This document shows, piece by piece, positions 1-12,282 of a stretch of DNA of 64,000 nucleotides; position 1 is the stretch's first letter, and every line of letters begins with the position of its first letter. Origin of the DNA: Octopus vulgaris (taxonomy: Eukaryota); NCBI GenBank assembly GCA_951406725.2, contig OX597834.1, positions 21,018,001 to 21,082,000 of the forward strand. Direction: 5' to 3'. The position numbers were made by a program, and so were the translations under genes. The notes beneath the pieces are model-generated. The model searched no databases. It saw only the letters and a list, made by a program, of their open reading frames with translations, and was not told the DNA's origin.

Positions 1-71
1 GGTTTGCCTCATACCTGAGCTGTATAGTATTCAGTTTAATTTATCAATGCTGCAAAGGGATGCAAATCAAA

Positions 72-314
72 CCACACTTCACTAGAATTTGTCCACAAAC
101 ATATATATTTAAGTGGTCAGCAGTTAACCAAATGTTTTACGGTCACAGACCATTCCAAATAACAGTTCTGCAAGTTTTCCCCTATTACCTGAGGTACATA
201 TGCTATGCAATTAAATGCATCCACGCCTCAAATCGATACAAACTAAAGTACACTTGACCAGAATTTGTCCACAAATATATATGAAAGTAGTTGGCAATTT
301 ACCAAATGCTTTTT
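72..314. repeat. Degenerate direct repeat, period ~178 bp
   Basis: cacacttcactagaatttgtccacaaacatatat...accaaatgtttt (72-139) recurs as tacacttgaccagaatttgtccacaaatatatat...accaaatgctttt (250-314). Confidence 0.7.
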
Positions 315-1103
315 AATCTACAGTTGGTCATTGCCTATCAATACAATATAAAACTATACACCACAAGTCCTTGTGTCCTAGATTAAACCCCGAGTCTAGT
401 TTATGGAGCTATAAGCTGACAATAGTAAGAACTGTGATATTGTTACCAGTTAAAAAATGATATTAGCTAATGATATAAACCGTTCACCTCTAAACATTAA
501 AGAGATCTGTATATCAAACAGTGGAATACGGCAATATGCTAGAATTGTTTCCAGGGAATTAATGTTTAAACTGTAGTACTTTTCACATGTATGGTTTTTT
601 TTTTCTATTTTTCTTTAGGTTGTTGTTGCTGTGAGGAATTTTTTTTTAATATTTTGTTTTGTTTTTTTTTCCTTTGTGCCTTTTAGTTGTTTTTTCTGTT
701 TTTCGTCCCTTTTTTTGTTGCCTTTTAACATTTTCCATTTGTTGTAATATAATCTTCATAACTAAAGCCTAGAGGGATAACCGTTGGTTCGTGCTTGTTG
801 ACATTAAAACCTGCTTTTGTCTCAGTGTGCATGTGTGTGTGTGTATCACATATGTACACATATGTATACATATTCCTATGTAACTAGATGTGTGTGTGTG
901 TGTATATATATACATTCATACATGCACACACAAAAATACACATATACGTATATGAGCATATCTGATACACACACACATATTGTACCTATATATATATAAT
1001 ATACAATTGTATATACATATATGTAGGTAGAATTATGCATTTACTTTTATAGCTACATCTGCATAAGTACATATATGTACATATATATATGTGTGTATGT
1101 ATG

Positions 1104-1137
<34 letters not shown>

Positions 1138-1179
1138 TATATGTATATATATACATATATGTACATATATGTATGTATG

Positions 1180-1231
<52 letters not shown>

Positions 1232-1254
1232 CGTATGTGTTCCTTCTTTTATGT

Positions 1255-1940
1255 GCTTTTATTTGTTTCATTCATTTGACTGTGGTCATGCTGGAGCACT
1301 GCCTATAGTCGAGCAAATCGACCCCAGGACTTATTCTTTGTAAGTCTAGTACTTATTCTATCGGTCTCTTTTGCCGAACTGGTAAGTTACTGGGACGTAA
1401 ACACACCAGCATCAGTTACCCAGCGATGTTGCAGGGATAAACACAGACATAAATATATACATACATACATACATATATATATATATTGATAAAAATGGTA
1501 AGACAGCAAAAGAATGAAAGAGACCTCAATATTATGTAAATAGAGGAATTTATCTGTAAATGTAATGTGACAATTATTCAGTAGTCAGGATAAAACTCCA
1601 AGTTTCGGATGCTGAGGTAGAAAATCATGCCACCATCTATTCAGTTTTCTGGCCATCGGAAAGATGATGGCATGGATTTCCGCCCCGGCATCCAAAACTC
1701 AGAGTTTTATCATGGCCACCGAATAATTGTCACATATTACATTTTTCAGGTATATATACATATATATATATATATACAATGGGCTTCTTTTAGTTTCTGT
1801 CTACCAAATCCACTCACAAAACTTCAGTTGACCCGAGGCTATAGTAGAAGACACTTGCCCAAGGTGTCATGCAGTGGGACTGAACCTGGAACCATGTGGT
1901 TGGTAAGCAAGCTACTTACAACACAGCCACTCCTGCACCT
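1255..1940 (-). mobile_element. SINE family A (tRNA-derived), split by a nested insertion in its internal (TA)n
   Basis: 3' half at 1255-1450 and 5' half at 1780-1940 match the full copy at 10600-11023; the head has A/B-box-like motifs (ggttcagtccc). Confidence 0.85.
1486..1750. mobile_element. Fold-back Penelope-like non-autonomous element in (TA)n
   Basis: Inverted arms ~1553-1640 / 1660-1749; second copy in opposite orientation at 27467-27666; degenerate hammerhead-like ctgaata-gatg...catc-cgaaa-cttggag on the minus strand. Confidence 0.6.
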
Positions 1941-1942
1941 AT

Positions 1943-1993
<51 letters not shown>

Positions 1994-2224
1994 TATATAT
2001 ATGGTTTTATGTATCAATATATATGTATTTGTGTGTATGTATGTTTATGTATGTGTGTGTATTTGTATGAGGATGTATGTATAAATAACAAATGTGTGCG
2101 TTTGGGTGAGTGAGTACTCTCTCTCACATTCCTCTCTATGTACTCACATATTTAATTAATTGATATGTCAGTTTTAAACATGTCTTTTTTAAATGACAAC
2201 CTTATTTCAAGTCTGCCTTGAAAA

Positions 2225-2455
2225 ACTAACATCACCACCACCACTAACAATAACAACAACAACATCACTGCCACCACTACCATCACCAACATCAACAACA
2301 CCACCACCAGCAATGCCACCAACACCAACAACAACAGCTACAATGACACTGCCAACAACGACTGCTCCACCACCACCACCATCATCATCAACACCACACC
2401 ACTAATGCCTGCACTATCAACACCACCACCACCACTGACATTAACCACAACCACA
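2225..2455. repeat. Degenerate (CAC/CAA)n trinucleotide repeat
   Basis: Directly visible. Confidence 0.9.
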
Positions 2456-3003
2456 TTGTCAAAACAACGCAGGGAGCAAAACAGAATAGAAGTCATTTTT
2501 ACATAACATCCGATGCGTCATACTGAACACAAGAACATGGTAATTACAATAAGTTTTAAAATTAAGAATTAAAACCGAAATTATTATGAAATTAAAACTA
2601 TTGACTGCAAATATTATGAATCACAATTGTTGGAGATCTTTCCCGCTGGTCTTACATTTGCAATATGAGACAAAAAATTCGAATCCTGAAAGACTACTAT
2701 TCTTGTTGTTCAGACCAAGAAATATTTCAGCTCTGGATACTTCAATTGTTGTTAGCACTCTATAAAGGATTGTATGTGGTTAACAATGGAATATTTCTCA
2801 GTTTTCACAGGCAGTATTGTTGTTGTTATGTGTGTTGTAAGTGTTATATATGTAACAGATGTGGAAATAGAGAACTGAAAATTAAATTAATATCCAGAAA
2901 GAAGTTGATGAAGGAAGTCGTCTCGCAGTGCAAACCGTTTAGAATGATGGCTCTTTGTGTGTGCATAGTGTGTTTTATGATTATTTAGACATATAACTTA
3001 CAT

Positions 3004-3342
3004 TATATATATTAAATTAGAGATAAAACCTCTATTAGGCAAATCAAACAGTGAAAAACATAAACCAAAATATAGAAATAAAATTAATTAATATATAAAA
3101 TATAGAATACAAATTTAAGTCATTTAAATTTAAAGTTAATATTAAAAAAAATTTTTAAGTATAAATTAATAATTTTTAAAAAATTTTTAATTTTAACTTT
3201 AAATTTAAATAATTTAAATTTGAATTTTATATTTTATATATTTTGTATTATATATTAATTAATTTTATTTCTATGTTTTGGTTTATGTTTTTCACTGTTT
3301 GATTTGCCTAATAGTGGTTTTATCTCTAATTTAATATATATA
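3004..3342. repeat. Long AT-rich palindrome (~150-bp arms)
   Basis: attaaattagagataaaacctctattaggcaaatcaaacagtgaaaaacataaaccaaaa is mirrored by ttttggtttatgtttttcactgtttgatttgcctaatagtggttttatctctaatttaat. Confidence 0.9.
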
Positions 3343-3451
3343 TATTTATACTGTAAAATTAGATTTAATCCTAAATCTAATTTTTCCCTGTAAGTTTGGA
3401 TTTACTCCCTAATATTATTATTATTAACTTACATTATATATATTATATATT

Positions 3452-3665
3452 AAGGTCGCAAGCTGACAGAATCATTAGCATGTTAGGAAAAATGCTTTGC
3501 AGTATTTCATCTGCTACTACATTCTGAGTTCAAATTCCACCAATGTCGACTTTGGCTTTCAACCTTTCGGGGTCGATTAAATAAGTACCAGTTATGCACT
3601 GGGGTCGATGTAATCGACTTAACTCCTTCCCCCGAGCTACCCTAGTGGCAAAATTTGAAATCATT
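3452..3665 (+). mobile_element. SINE family B
   Basis: B-box gagttcaaattcc followed by core gtcgactttgcctttcatcctttcggggtcgat..aagtaccag; about 20 copies in the window. Confidence 0.85.
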
Positions 3666-3867
3666 ATATATATTATACACTTTTTAGTTTAATGGTTAAG
3701 AGCACTCAGCCAGCATCTGAGAAGTATGGCTTTCAGTCCTGTAGCCACCTTCTGGCACCATTTTTACTGGTGGTGCTCCAGCATGGCCACAGACTGAGGG
3801 ATGAAATATGTAAAAGAATAAAAGAATATGCATTATATGTATATAATATATATATATATATATTCAA

Positions 3868-4078
3868 AATGTGACCACGTGTGTACCGTTGGCGATTTTT
3901 TTTCCTCCGTCTTCCCTTCTCTGGATCTCTCCTTTTCCTATGTTTCTGACGAAGAGCTCCGCTCGAAACGTAAAACCCTCCTTCTTTTCTTCTTTCCTGA
4001 GTGTCCAATAATACTATATTTGTTCCACGCCCTCGCGTTGTTGTGTTTTCTCATTGTGTTTTCATGTTTGGATTAACT
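3868..4078 (+). mobile_element. Penelope-like short element in (TA)n carrying a minimal hammerhead
   Basis: Flanked by (TA)n on both sides, contains a hammerhead motif, related to 52115-52270. Confidence 0.6.
3942..3976 (+). ncRNA. Minimal type I hammerhead ribozyme motif
   Basis: gttt-CTGACGA-a-gagc-tcc-gctc-GAAA-cg-TA-aaac: stem I gttt/aaac, stem II gagc/gctc, palindromic loopless stem III. Confidence 0.7.
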
Positions 4079-5147
4079 ATATATATATACCCCATCATTC
4101 ACTAGTTTTTAATTCAAATTCATGTAATGTATGTAAAAAATCATAAAATCATATCCTTAAATGTTTTTATATTTCTTATATTACTGAGTTAATTCAAAAA
4201 AGTCTACATCAAAGCTAATATTTTACAAATTCATACGAAAGCTAGGGTATATTGCATTGCTTTATTTTACAAAGGCTGTTTGGACAAAACCTAGTGCATT
4301 GCCATTTAAGATTATCACCCCTCTGTTTATATTCTTCTATGATAAAGACCCACTTTTATGAGGTATTTTATGTAATTTTGGAATCTAAAATAATTAAGTA
4401 TAATTGTAATGAACAGAAAAAACAAAAGAAGAAAACAATATTAGAAGTGCAAGGAACTCCCATCTTCAGCTACCAATTGGATATCTTCATAGTTTTAACA
4501 CCAAAGTCGGTGCTACTCAATCTGATGATGTGAACAGAGTTGAAAATGTTTTAAATGCTGCTTTCAAATACAAAACAGAACTCATGAGTGATAGAAAATG
4601 TAAATTATAAAATATATGAAATGAAAAATATTAAAAAAATAAAAAGACAACCTAGATGAATTACTAAATCAACCAAAACAACAAAATTACTAGGCCCCTC
4701 AATACTAATGAATGAAGAGAGTCATGCCTCCTGTCCAGCATGAAAACTAAGATGAGAAAATGTGTGTGCATGTGTGTATACCTTCTTTTTATTTGTGTAT
4801 TTATTCATTTGTTTCAGTGTTTCAACTATAGCCATGTAGGGAGACATGTTTGGGCCGTGTTTGGGCCATGTTGGGGCCATGCCTTGAAAGGCTTAGTCAA
4901 TCAGTTGAACGCCAGCACATTTGATATGTCTGATAATTTCTTCTACCAATCTTTTTTGCGTGTGTGAGTGTGTGCATGTGAGTGTGTGTGCATGTGTGTG
5001 TGTCTGTATGCATACATGTTCATGAATATATACTCATATATATATATATCTATATACATATATAAATACCTGAACACATCTATATATATATACATACATA
5101 TACATATATACTCATAGACACACACACACATATATATAAAACTCAGC

Positions 5148-5165
5148 ACGCTCTCTCTCTCTATC

Positions 5166-5221
<56 letters not shown>

Positions 5222-5230
5222 TCCTTCTCC

Positions 5231-5300
<70 letters not shown>
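5148..5300. repeat. (CT)n microsatellite
   Basis: Directly visible. Confidence 0.95.
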
Positions 5301-5301
<1 letters not shown>

Positions 5302-6320
5302 CTTTGTTCTGCATAAATGGTGGGAGGTAAGAAAAACTATAAATGCACAAGGGACTAGAAACACTCCGCAAACACAGAATTTTGCTTGTTAAAAACCTTT
5401 GCCAAAACGTATTTCCCATAAACAAAAGTACCGTGCAGGTTTCTATATTGATTTCCTGTTAGACTAAACAACAACATTTACTCAGGGACTGTTTTAATAG
5501 AATGCAGCACACGTACTTCCAACTTCTTTTTTCATCCACTCCACTCTATTAAAACCGAAGAACATTACATTTATGTGTTTGTATACGTATATACACACAC
5601 CATATATACATATATATACACATATACATATATGTAAATGTGTAGTCATATATATGTATATTTTGCTTAGTTGATTTTATATATATATATATATAAAATT
5701 TATATATATATATATAAGGAAAAGATATAGATAAAGATATATTGATATAGATACATAAATGAAGATATATCGATATAGATGTAAATTTTATAATATATTT
5801 AACATCTTTTATGCTTATAGATCATATTTTCACGTTAAAAATGGCTCTTTCAAATATTTATAGCTTTTCTTAAGATGAAATGATATATATATGAATACAG
5901 CTTGTGTGTTAGGTGTGTGTGTGTGTGTGTGTGAACGTGCAACTGAGTGCAAGAGCATATATGCATTCATATATATATATATATATATAACATATATGTA
6001 TGTACGATTTGAAAATATTCTGCGCAAAAATTAATACTTTGAAGCCTGTTTTCAATAGAGTAAAAAAAATAATTTTGTTTAGTTTATGAATGTCATTTCT
6101 AGGGCTTTGGCGATATTCTTTTCTGAAAATTTTAATGTATACATACACACAAACACACACTCTCACACACACATATGTGTATGTCCGTATGTATGTGTAT
6201 ATATATACATGTCTCTTTCATTTTATCTTTTTCTTATGTTTGTTCATCACATCCCATATACCTATAAATGTGTGTGTATACACACATACATACACACATA
6301 TATATATACACATACACATG

Positions 6321-6386
<66 letters not shown>

Positions 6387-6804
6387 TATGTATTTGTATT
6401 TGTGCATACATGCATGTATGTATATAAATGCATATCTATATTACTAGCACTGGGATGTATGTGAATTTGAACATCATTATTATTTCTAAAAGATAACAGC
6501 ACAGCTGAAAAAAATTAAATGAGTGAAAAAAAAAAACCATTACCAAAAGCTATAATGTCAGTTAGTTCTGACATTCGGCAATAAATTTCTTTTTAAGAAT
6601 GGTCTACTTAAACTGTGATTTGTGCTTCTATTCAATTACAAAATACAATTTGATAATCCTTGGAATAAGGGCAGGACATGTAATAAGGTTTCAAACACAG
6701 ATGTCAGCTTGATCTCCCGCTCGAAATAAAGTCATAAAATACATCTGCTCCAGTTTTGTTTTCAGTGCTTAAAAAAAAAGAAATGCCATTTCCTTATTTT
6801 TCAT

Positions 6805-7030
6805 TTTTTACTTGTTTCAGTCATTGTACTGTGGCCATGCTGGGGTGCCACCTTGAAGGGTTTTAGTTGAAGGAATCAACCACAGTACTTACGATTTATA
6901 TATATATATATTTTACAGTCTGGTACTTATTCTATCAGTGTCTTTTGCCAAACTGCTAAGTTACAGGGATGTGAACAAACCATCACTGATTGTCATGTGA
7001 TGGTGGATGGATGATAAACACTGATTCAAC
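6805..7030 (-). mobile_element. SINE family A, 3' half
   Basis: ttacttgtttcagtcattgtactgtggccatgctggggtgccacc matches the family A tail. Confidence 0.8.
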
Positions 7031-7074
7031 GACACATACACACACACAAAACACACACGTATGATATCAACAAG

Positions 7075-7213
7075 ATTATCAATTGTTTACATCATTTACA
7101 TTAGACAGATTAGACGTTTCAGCTGATTTACTCCCCAGCCTTCATCAGGTGTCCTAGAAGAATCCTAGAGAATGGGTTCTCATTCCTCAGGTATTTTTTT
7201 ACTGATGTTATTA

Positions 7214-7283
<70 letters not shown>

Positions 7284-7560
7284 TTTATTTATTCAAGGCA
7301 CTGCCTGGAATTGAACTTGCAATCTTGGGGTTAGTAGCTCGCACTCTTAACCATAACGCTATAATACCCATAATATAACATCAGCAAAAAAATACCTTAG
7401 GAATGAGAACCCAGGGCTGGGTTCAGAATTCTACCAGGACACCTGATGAAGGGTGGAGAGTAAATCAGCCAAAAACGTGATTACAACAAAAAAGATGAGG
7501 ACAAATATCCATCCAATGTAAATAGTGTGCAGAATTCCTCATCTCTAAAATATAGTATTA
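7075..7560 (-). mobile_element. tRNA-headed element with hammerhead-like modules in inverted arms
   Basis: tRNA-like segment 7299-7369 (-) with A box tagcgttatgg and B box gttcaattcc; inverted arms ~7093-7210 / 7376-7530; CTGATGA-a-ggctg..cagct-GAAA-cg-TC at 7112-7148 (-) and a mutated copy at 7443-7480 (+). Confidence 0.65.
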
Positions 7561-7889
7561 TCAGATATTGTTATACATTGTTTGTCACAATGCTCTTCAT
7601 ATTGTTTTAGCTAGACAGACGGCAGAATAAACAGAGAGAGAATAAGAAACTTTTGGAGTTAGTGGTCAATCATGGTGGGCACAAAAAAGACTCGTACATG
7701 GGTGGGATGAGTTTTAACAAATATATATATGATATAGACAAATATCAGTAAGTCAAATACTAGGCAACATAAATTTAGGATTTCATAAAATTATTTCTGC
7801 TTCTAGTGAATGGGAATAATTATGAACTGCTGCATGTGAGTAAGGGAGGTAATCTAAGGATTTAAAAATTCACCAAAACTGACATGCCA

Positions 7890-8117
7890 TCAAGCCTTCA
7901 GGGTTTACACCAGCCATATCCAGCTCAAATATTCTACGTGTTTTCTGTTCAAACTGGCCAGATCCAGCCTTTCACTGCTTCCTTATATTGTCATTCTGAA
8001 AATAAACAATCGCATCATTGAAACCTCAAAGCTACAAGATAACGCATGATTAATTCAAAACCATGTGAATAACAAATCATTGCATTCGATAGAATAATCT
8101 GAATGCTAAAGGGTTAA
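7890..8117. mobile_element. TTAA/CCCT-ended MITE family F (piggyBac-like ends)
   Basis: Ends in gaatgctaaagggttaa; partial reverse copy ttaactctttcgcattcagattattctgtc at 13147-13265. Confidence 0.6.
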
Positions 8118-9074
8118 GTAAAAGACCAAATTTACTTTCTATATTATCTTGTTGTTTACCTTTTGGTATATATTCTTTTGGGAATAACTATGAAATTTAA
8201 TTTCACAGTTAAAGAGTTAAAGCTTAGGTTTTATGAAGCATTTAAAATTAGCAAAACAAAAATTTCTTTATTAGGTTTTCAAGATTAGTATTTAAAATTT
8301 CAAAAAACTCTGCTAGTTAGAATTAAATTAGTTTAATACAATTGCAATAAGATGTAAGCAATTTTATTATATTTGGTGTAATGGCTTCTGATTTTCAAGA
8401 ATAAAGATATTTTCCTATTACATTTTTTTTTTCCATAAAAATTTTTGAATGAATTCATAGATTTTCCAAAATATTTAACAAATTTGGTAAAATTCTGTAT
8501 GAGGTGGTCAAAATTAGTAGATTGTAAATTCATTGTAAATTCATTTACAATTGATTTCATTTCTTGTGGATTTAATGTTTATTTATAATACTGAGATGGA
8601 GAATTCATTATTGTGTATAGTTTTAATTGATATTATTAAATGACATTTAAAAATAATTAATACATTAAATGTTCGATATATTTAATTATACAATAAACAA
8701 TAATTTTGTTAAAGAAATTATATTAAATGTTTTTTTTGTCTATGGACTCTTTTGGTTCTTATTTTACTTGGGTGGACCCTCCTAGCCATTTGCTGTTTTA
8801 AAAATCTTTTAGTATTTTTATAGTTAAAGATTATTAGGAATTGTATAAAAGAATGGTTAAAATATTTTGTGTTTAGTAGAAATAAAACCAGTTTATTGAG
8901 GATAAATTTTAACAACAAAACCTTATATGGGCCCCAGTTATGAACCAATCAGCAGCACTCAATAACAGTTGGGTACAGCCATAAGTTGGGTACTATCTGA
9001 CAACGGGCATAAAAGGGACAAACCAAAGAATGCAGGCACAGAAATATCAATCACGTCTACTTGTTGAGGATTGA

Positions 9075-9075
9075 T

Positions 9076-9106
<31 letters not shown>

Positions 9107-9244
9107 ATTTGGCTCAAAAGCAAATAGCAAGGCCATGTAGGGGGACATGGAGTTAAGTACAGGGTGGTGTTCATGTAAAGAGTTCAGGCCACTTGAGGTC
9201 CAGGGAGGCTTTGAACAAAGCGGTCGTTGGCATCTTCACCATCT
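9075..9244 (-). mobile_element. CR1/L2-like LINE 3' end
   Basis: Minus strand reads VKMPTTALFKASLDLKWPELFT*, then a short UTR and a (TAAC)n tail. Confidence 0.6.
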
Positions 9245-10020
9245 GATTTATACAAAAACCATTCTGATTTACCAAATATAACGGAATAAATGAGAAAAAA
9301 ATTTCTATATTGACTCTAAGTATAACCCAGCTCTGATATTTCTGTATCAAATATATTGTCTGCTAGCTGCGTATACTTATTTTTACCAATCTAGTTCTTA
9401 ATTCTATATAAGGTTTCCATTCTCCTGATTTAGAAATCATTTTATAATTAGCCTATTCAACTGGGAATTTTCTGAGATTTTTGTAATCTTGCTTTCTTAA
9501 TATTTATTTCACCATCACAGTTCTTTTTCTGCATAGCACCTGAGGCAATCTGGTTCCAATCAACATTTTCCTCTGGTAATTCTCTATCTATATTTTTAAT
9601 AGTAACGAAGTCTTCATTTTATCAACAAGGCTTCATTTCCATTGCTAGCAACACAAATTTTACGATAGGGAATACTCCATCTAAAAAGCCAATATTAGGC
9701 CCAGGGAATTTTGTTAACTAATTTTATTTTCCCCCCTAATTTTCCTGGCAAGCAGCAATATGGTCATTCATATAACAGCAGGCTTCTTGCCAGATTTGGA
9801 GGAGATGCATTTAGTAACATAATAAAGCAAAAAGTACCTTTTAGTAATCATTTAGAGATTGTAATACAACAACCCTCAGTTATGTTAACATGAATGTTTT
9901 AAACACAACAAAAGTAGTTTCGGTGTTTAGTATAGTTGTACTTCCTACTAGTTCTGCTGTATTTTTTTTTTGCTCATTTTTATTTTTTATTTTTTATTTT
10001 TATTTTTTTAATTATAATGG

Positions 10021-10308
10021 TTTAACCCTTTTGAACTGAACATTTCAACCAGATCTTTGGTTCCCTGCCTACCAATTTACAAGCTTTCACTCTTTATATA
10101 CTTACCTCCCTGAGACCGCCCACAGTTCCATGATACAAACTTCCTGTTTTAAAACTGTTCTAAATTAAAACCTCCCACAAAAATTTCATGTTCGTTTAGG
10201 AATTACGCCTGAAGCACAAGTTTAATGCAAACAAAATTATTTTACTAAATTTTTATCTTCAAAGTTATTTGAAGCAAAAGTGGTGCATTTCAACAGAACT
10301 ACGGTAAA
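10021..10308. mobile_element. MITE family G (ttaaccctttt...aaaagggttaa)
   Basis: Matches copies at 11466-11660 and 16980-17780. Confidence 0.7.
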
Positions 10309-10599
10309 AATAAAAAAAATAAAAATAATAATGAAATTATTGTATACAGTGCTCAGGTGCACTACAACTTGTCAGAAAGTGCATATAAAGTACATGCAGT
10401 AATGTAGAAATGTCTGGAAAGTGAACATGCTTGTGTGTGTATGGAGAAACTATTTAAGCAGTTGTTAAGTGGATCCTTCTCTACCATTTTTCAGAATGGC
10501 AAACACATAAACTGGACCACTGTTTCTCTGTCTGCCAACTTAAAACTTCCTCAACTGTTTTGTTACCAAACTACCCTGGACTGCTTCAGGTTTTACAAT

Positions 10600-10811
10600 T
10601 ACTCTTTTTACTCTTTTACTTGTTTCAGTCATTTGACTGCGGCCATGCTGGAGCACCACCATTAGTCGAGCAAATCAACCCCAGGACTAATTCTTTGTAA
10701 GCCTAGGGCTTATTCTATCGGTCTCTTTTGCCGAACCGCTAAGTTATGGGGATGTAAACGCACAAGCATCAGTTGTCAAGCAATGTTGGGGGGACAAACA
10801 CAGACACAGAA

Positions 10812-10845
<34 letters not shown>

Positions 10846-11023
10846 GCATATACATATATACGACGGACTTCTTTTAGTTTCTGTCTACTAAATCCACTCA
10901 CAAGGCATTGGTCGGCCCGAGGCTATAGCAGAAGACACTTGCCCAAGATGCCATGCAGTAGGACTGAACCCGGAACCATGTGGTTGGTAAGCAAGCTACT
11001 TACCACACAGCCACTCCTGCGCC
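10600..11023 (-). mobile_element. SINE family A, full length
   Basis: tRNA-like head (ggcgcaggagtggctgtgtggtaag...ggttcagtcc), internal (TA/TG)n, 3' tail gtgctccagcatggccgcagtcaaatgactgaaacaagtaaaagag. Confidence 0.9.
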
Positions 11024-11094
11024 TCATACTAATGGTTCTGCCAGTTCGCTACCTTTATGATGTTATTAATAACAACAACAACAACAACAGTGAT

Positions 11095-11258
11095 CCCTTC
11101 TACTGCAGGCACAAGGCCTGAATTTTGCGGGAGCAGGCTAGTTGATTACATCAACCCCAGGGCTCAACTGGAGAATTTGAACTCAGAACATGAAAACAAA
11201 CAAAATACTGCTAAGCATTTCATCCAGCAAGCCAACGATTCTGCCAGCACACCGCCTT
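11095..11258 (-). mobile_element. SINE family B, internally deleted
   Basis: ggcacaaggcctgaa...gaatttgaactcagaac...ctgccagcacaccgcctt. Confidence 0.8.
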
Positions 11259-11465
11259 GCACCAGCTTAATAAATGGTAACATTTTTTTGGCTAAATTCT
11301 TCATTATTCTTAAAACTAATTGAAACAAAGACCAATATATTTGAATTGAAATATGGCAATGAAAGGGTTTAAGTCAGAATTGATAAGTGGAACCTCCTCT
11401 GCTTTTTCTAGAATGATAAACATTTGAACAAGACCAGACTCCCTGCATGTCAACATACAAACTTT

Positions 11466-11660
11466 TTAACCCTTTCGATACCAACCAGCTTGATGCTACC
11501 CCTTAATTAAGAAGCCTTCCACCGAAATTTCGTGTTAATTTATATTCCAAACACCAGCTTAATAAGGACAAAGTTATTTAGTTAGTTCTTCATTGTTTTC
11601 AAAATTTATTGAAACAAAGACAGGGAATTTCAACAGAAATGCAGTAATAAAAGGGTTGAA
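11466..11660. mobile_element. MITE family G
   Basis: ttaaccctttcgataccaac...aaaagggttga terminal inverted ends. Confidence 0.75.
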
Positions 11661-11786
11661 TGCAGACATCACCTGCATTAGGGGAAAGTTGCATTCCAGA
11701 AATACTTGCCATAACATGGAATTTCCTAACAAAAGACCAATTATATAAATATACATATATATATATACATATATATATACATATAC

Positions 11787-11859
<73 letters not shown>

Positions 11860-11929
11860 TATATATAGTTGTATAGTCATTTGAGCCATTTTATACATAT
11901 TTACATTGTTAAAACATTTGTTGTTATTA

Positions 11930-11961
<32 letters not shown>

Positions 11962-12083
11962 TGTTATATCATATATGTTGCAAATGAAAATGTTTCATCA
12001 CATATATAATATGCCTGTTACTTTATATCACTGTATTTCTGCAGAGCATATGTATATATATATGTGTATGTGTGTGTATATGA

Positions 12084-12128
<45 letters not shown>

Positions 12129-12154
12129 ATGTATATATGTATATGTATATGATG

Positions 12155-12194
<40 letters not shown>

Positions 12195-12234
12195 ATGTAT
12201 ATGATCAATATATATATATGTGTGTGTCTGTATA

Positions 12235-12282
<48 letters not shown>

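Noticed and set aside
2193-2405. Mucin-like Pro/Thr ORF
   Set aside because: Degenerate (CAC/CAA)n repeat without exon boundaries
10783-11121. Recurrent peptide RGYSRRHLPK...TEPGTMWLVSKLLTTQPL
   Set aside because: Antisense translation of the SINE A head, not a gene family
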